Shown one piece after another: positions 31,951-32,000 of a stretch of 32,000 nt of DNA. The DNA comes from Wallemia ichthyophaga EXF-994 (lineage: Eukaryota; Fungi; Basidiomycota). The stretch's first letter is position 1. Each line of letters begins with the position of its first letter. The translations under genes and the position numbers were made by a program. The stretch spans positions 148,780-180,779 of the forward strand of contig NW_008806294.1 of NCBI RefSeq assembly GCF_000400465.1, read 5' to 3'. The notes under the pieces are model-generated. The model had not been told where the DNA came from. It did not search any database and saw only the letters and a program-made list of their open reading frames with translations.

Positions 31951-32000
31951 AGTACGCAATTAATTCCTTACAACTCAAATGAACAAGCATTTAATTATTG

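Noticed and set aside
1-32000. tRNA, rRNA, CRISPR arrays, transposons, telomeric repeats
   Set aside because: None recognised by eye; tRNAscan-SE, Infernal or RepeatMasker would be needed to exclude small or degenerate elements.

Overview
Gene-dense fungal genomic DNA. Intergenic gaps are often under 100 bp and spliceosomal GT-AG introns are short (41-62 nt, one 108 nt). By inference this is a compact-genome basidiomycete, Wallemia-like; the species cannot be confirmed from sequence alone. I reconstructed 18 protein-coding genes by joining exons by hand: DBP8 (partial, absent from the ORF track), mitochondrial uL13/MRPL23, a stand-alone AlkB dioxygenase, URA2 (CAD-like, pseudo-DHOase), PUT1, a probable CENP-K kinetochore subunit, a small Zn2Cys6 factor, an uncharacterised membrane protein, RRP43, SMC5, AIM29/UPF0538, a histidine phosphatase, a PET8-like mitochondrial carrier, C1-THF synthase, TRM6, a secreted GH105/GH88-like hydrolase, an MFSD1-like transporter and a UapA-like nucleobase permease. 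I saw no rRNA, tRNA, CRISPR array or mobile element. It is mostly a housekeeping region, and I cannot demonstrate a new system. The best leads are regulatory or structural: (i) a perfect 9-bp hairpin covering the probable branch point next to the 3' splice site of URA2 intron 1; (ii) an unannotated in-frame mitochondrial presequence on C1-THF synthase, which shares a 57-bp divergent gap with the putative SAM carrier; (iii) a hidden CENP-K homolog head-to-head with PUT1; (iv) GATA and ACGCGT motif clusters; (v) a uORF overlapping the TRM6 start codon.
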